Shown here in pieces: positions 62,507-64,000 of a stretch of 64,000 nucleotides of DNA (positions within the stretch are counted from its first letter, which is position 1; the number at the start of each line of letters is the position of its first letter). The notes under the pieces are model-generated. The model was not told where the DNA came from. It did not search any database and saw nothing but the letters and a program-made list of their open reading frames with translations. The DNA is from Octopus vulgaris. Its lineage: Eukaryota. The stretch is taken from positions 11,222,001-11,286,000 of the forward strand of contig OX597830.1 in assembly GCA_951406725.2 (NCBI GenBank). The letters are read 5' to 3'. The translations under genes and the position numbers were made by a program.

Positions 62507-62866
62507 GGAGGCGCAATGGCCCAGTGGTTAGGGCAGCGGATTCGCGGTCGTTGGATCGCGGTTTCGATTCCCAGACCAGGCGTTGTGAGTGTTTATTGAG
62601 TGAAAACACCTAAAGATCCACGAGGCTCCGGCAGGGGATGGTGGTGATCCCTGCTGTACTCTTTCACCACAACTTTCTCTCACTCTTACTTCCTGTTTCT
62701 GTTGTACCTGTATTCTCTGTGTCACGCTGAATATCCCCGAGAACTATGTTAAGTGTACACGTGTCTGTGGAGTGCTCAGCCACTTACATGTTAATTTCAC
62801 GAGCAGGCTGTTCCGTTGATCTGATCAACCGGAACCCTCGTTGTCGTAACCGACAGAGTGCTTCCA
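62507..62866 (+). mobile_element. SINE family B
   Basis: Colinear with 2668-3050; TSD ATGGGTGTCATG. Confidence 0.92.
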
Positions 62867-63519
62867 TCCATGGGTGTCATGGATGGATGCCCTTCCTATT
62901 GCCAACCACTTTACAAGAGTTTACTGGGTGCTTTTTCATGGCACTGACATTAATGAAGTCACCAAGAAACCTGCGAGACTGGACCCCACTCTCAGCTGAA
63001 AGAGGGTTTGTTAGAGATGGAGGTGAAAGTATGATAGAGGAGCAGGAACGTGTACCTTGCTGAAGAGGGATGACGTCAGCAGCTGGGGAGCTGACCGGAA
63101 GGGGCAAGAGTGACGCACGTGCAGGCAGGGCAGGATTCGGCCTTTTCGATCGAGGTCGCCGAGGGAGTAAGACACGTGAGCACGTTAAGGTAGGGGAGAA
63201 GCAGCTGCTATTTCTAGAGTTCGGGTCGGGCTGCATTGAAGGATCCATTACCGCTGAAAGGTCTCTGTCTGAGCGAAGAGAAGGTAAGGGCTTTTATTTC
63301 AAATCTCTCGCATACACTACATGTTAGAGATGGAGGTGAAAGTATGATAGAGGAACAGCGATGTGTGCCTTGAAGAAGAGGAGCTACATGGCTTCTCCAG
63401 TTTCTTACTATCTGATACACTTCATTCAAATTCATGTCAGAAAGAAAACTGAAGTTTAATGTAATTTGAATATGGTAAAATGTCGTGCATTTTAGCTCTT
63501 CACTGTATGTGTGTATATT

Positions 63520-64000
63520 CTCCATTCTTTGTTTTCAATCACTTGACTGTGGCTATGCTGTGGCACCACCTTGAAGGGTGTTAGTTTAACGAATCAACCC
63601 CAGGAGTTATTTTTTTTATAACCTAGTACCTATTCTATCCGTTTCTTTTGCTGAACTGTTAAGTTACAGGGACATAAACTCACCAACATCTGTTGTCAAG
63701 TGGTGGTGGGTGGACAAACACATAGATATGTATATATATATAAAAGTTTAGGTTCAGTCCCACTGTGATGCAGCTTAGGCAAATGTCTTTTACTATATTC
63801 CTGGGCTGATCAAAGCTTTGTGAGTGAATTTGGTAGACAGAAACTGAAAGGAGTGTATTGTATGTATACACGTATATATATATATATATGTATGTATGTG
63901 TGTGTGTGTGTTTGTATTTCCTTATCTTGAATTTGTGTGATTGTTATAAATAAGTATTGTCATTGTACAAATAGGCGCAGGAGTGGCTGTGTGGTAAGTA
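63520..64000. mobile_element. Cluster of family A SINE fragments (-, +, and a + copy cut by the window end at 63973)
   Basis: Matches to the family A tail (minus), core and head (plus). Confidence 0.8.

Overview
AT-rich, repeat-dense eukaryotic genomic DNA. The SINE/LINE families suggest an octopus (coleoid cephalopod); this is inferred, not looked up. Almost all ORFs in the supplied track are spurious (SINE, microsatellite or antisense frames) or decayed transposon fragments. The one real protein-coding gene I can reconstruct is a ~50 kb, 12-exon + strand gene (5878-56371, ~520 aa) whose GT-AG phases join in frame. It encodes signal peptide / two divergent CUB domains / one LDLa repeat / TM helix / cytoplasmic tail with two PPxY motifs (Neto/SOL-2/Culd-like architecture). 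Introns and flanks hold three tRNA-derived SINE families, RTE 3'-end derivatives, RTE and CR1-type LINE relics, mariner and Tc1 relics, non-autonomous Helitrons, several MITE families and four tandem arrays. The most notable unexplained signal is four hammerhead-ribozyme-like motifs, all on the + strand and three of them intronic, one set in a ~350-nt highly structured region (40629-40970). There are also a 197-bp GC-rich folded insert (6100-6296) and two orphan CpG-rich islets.
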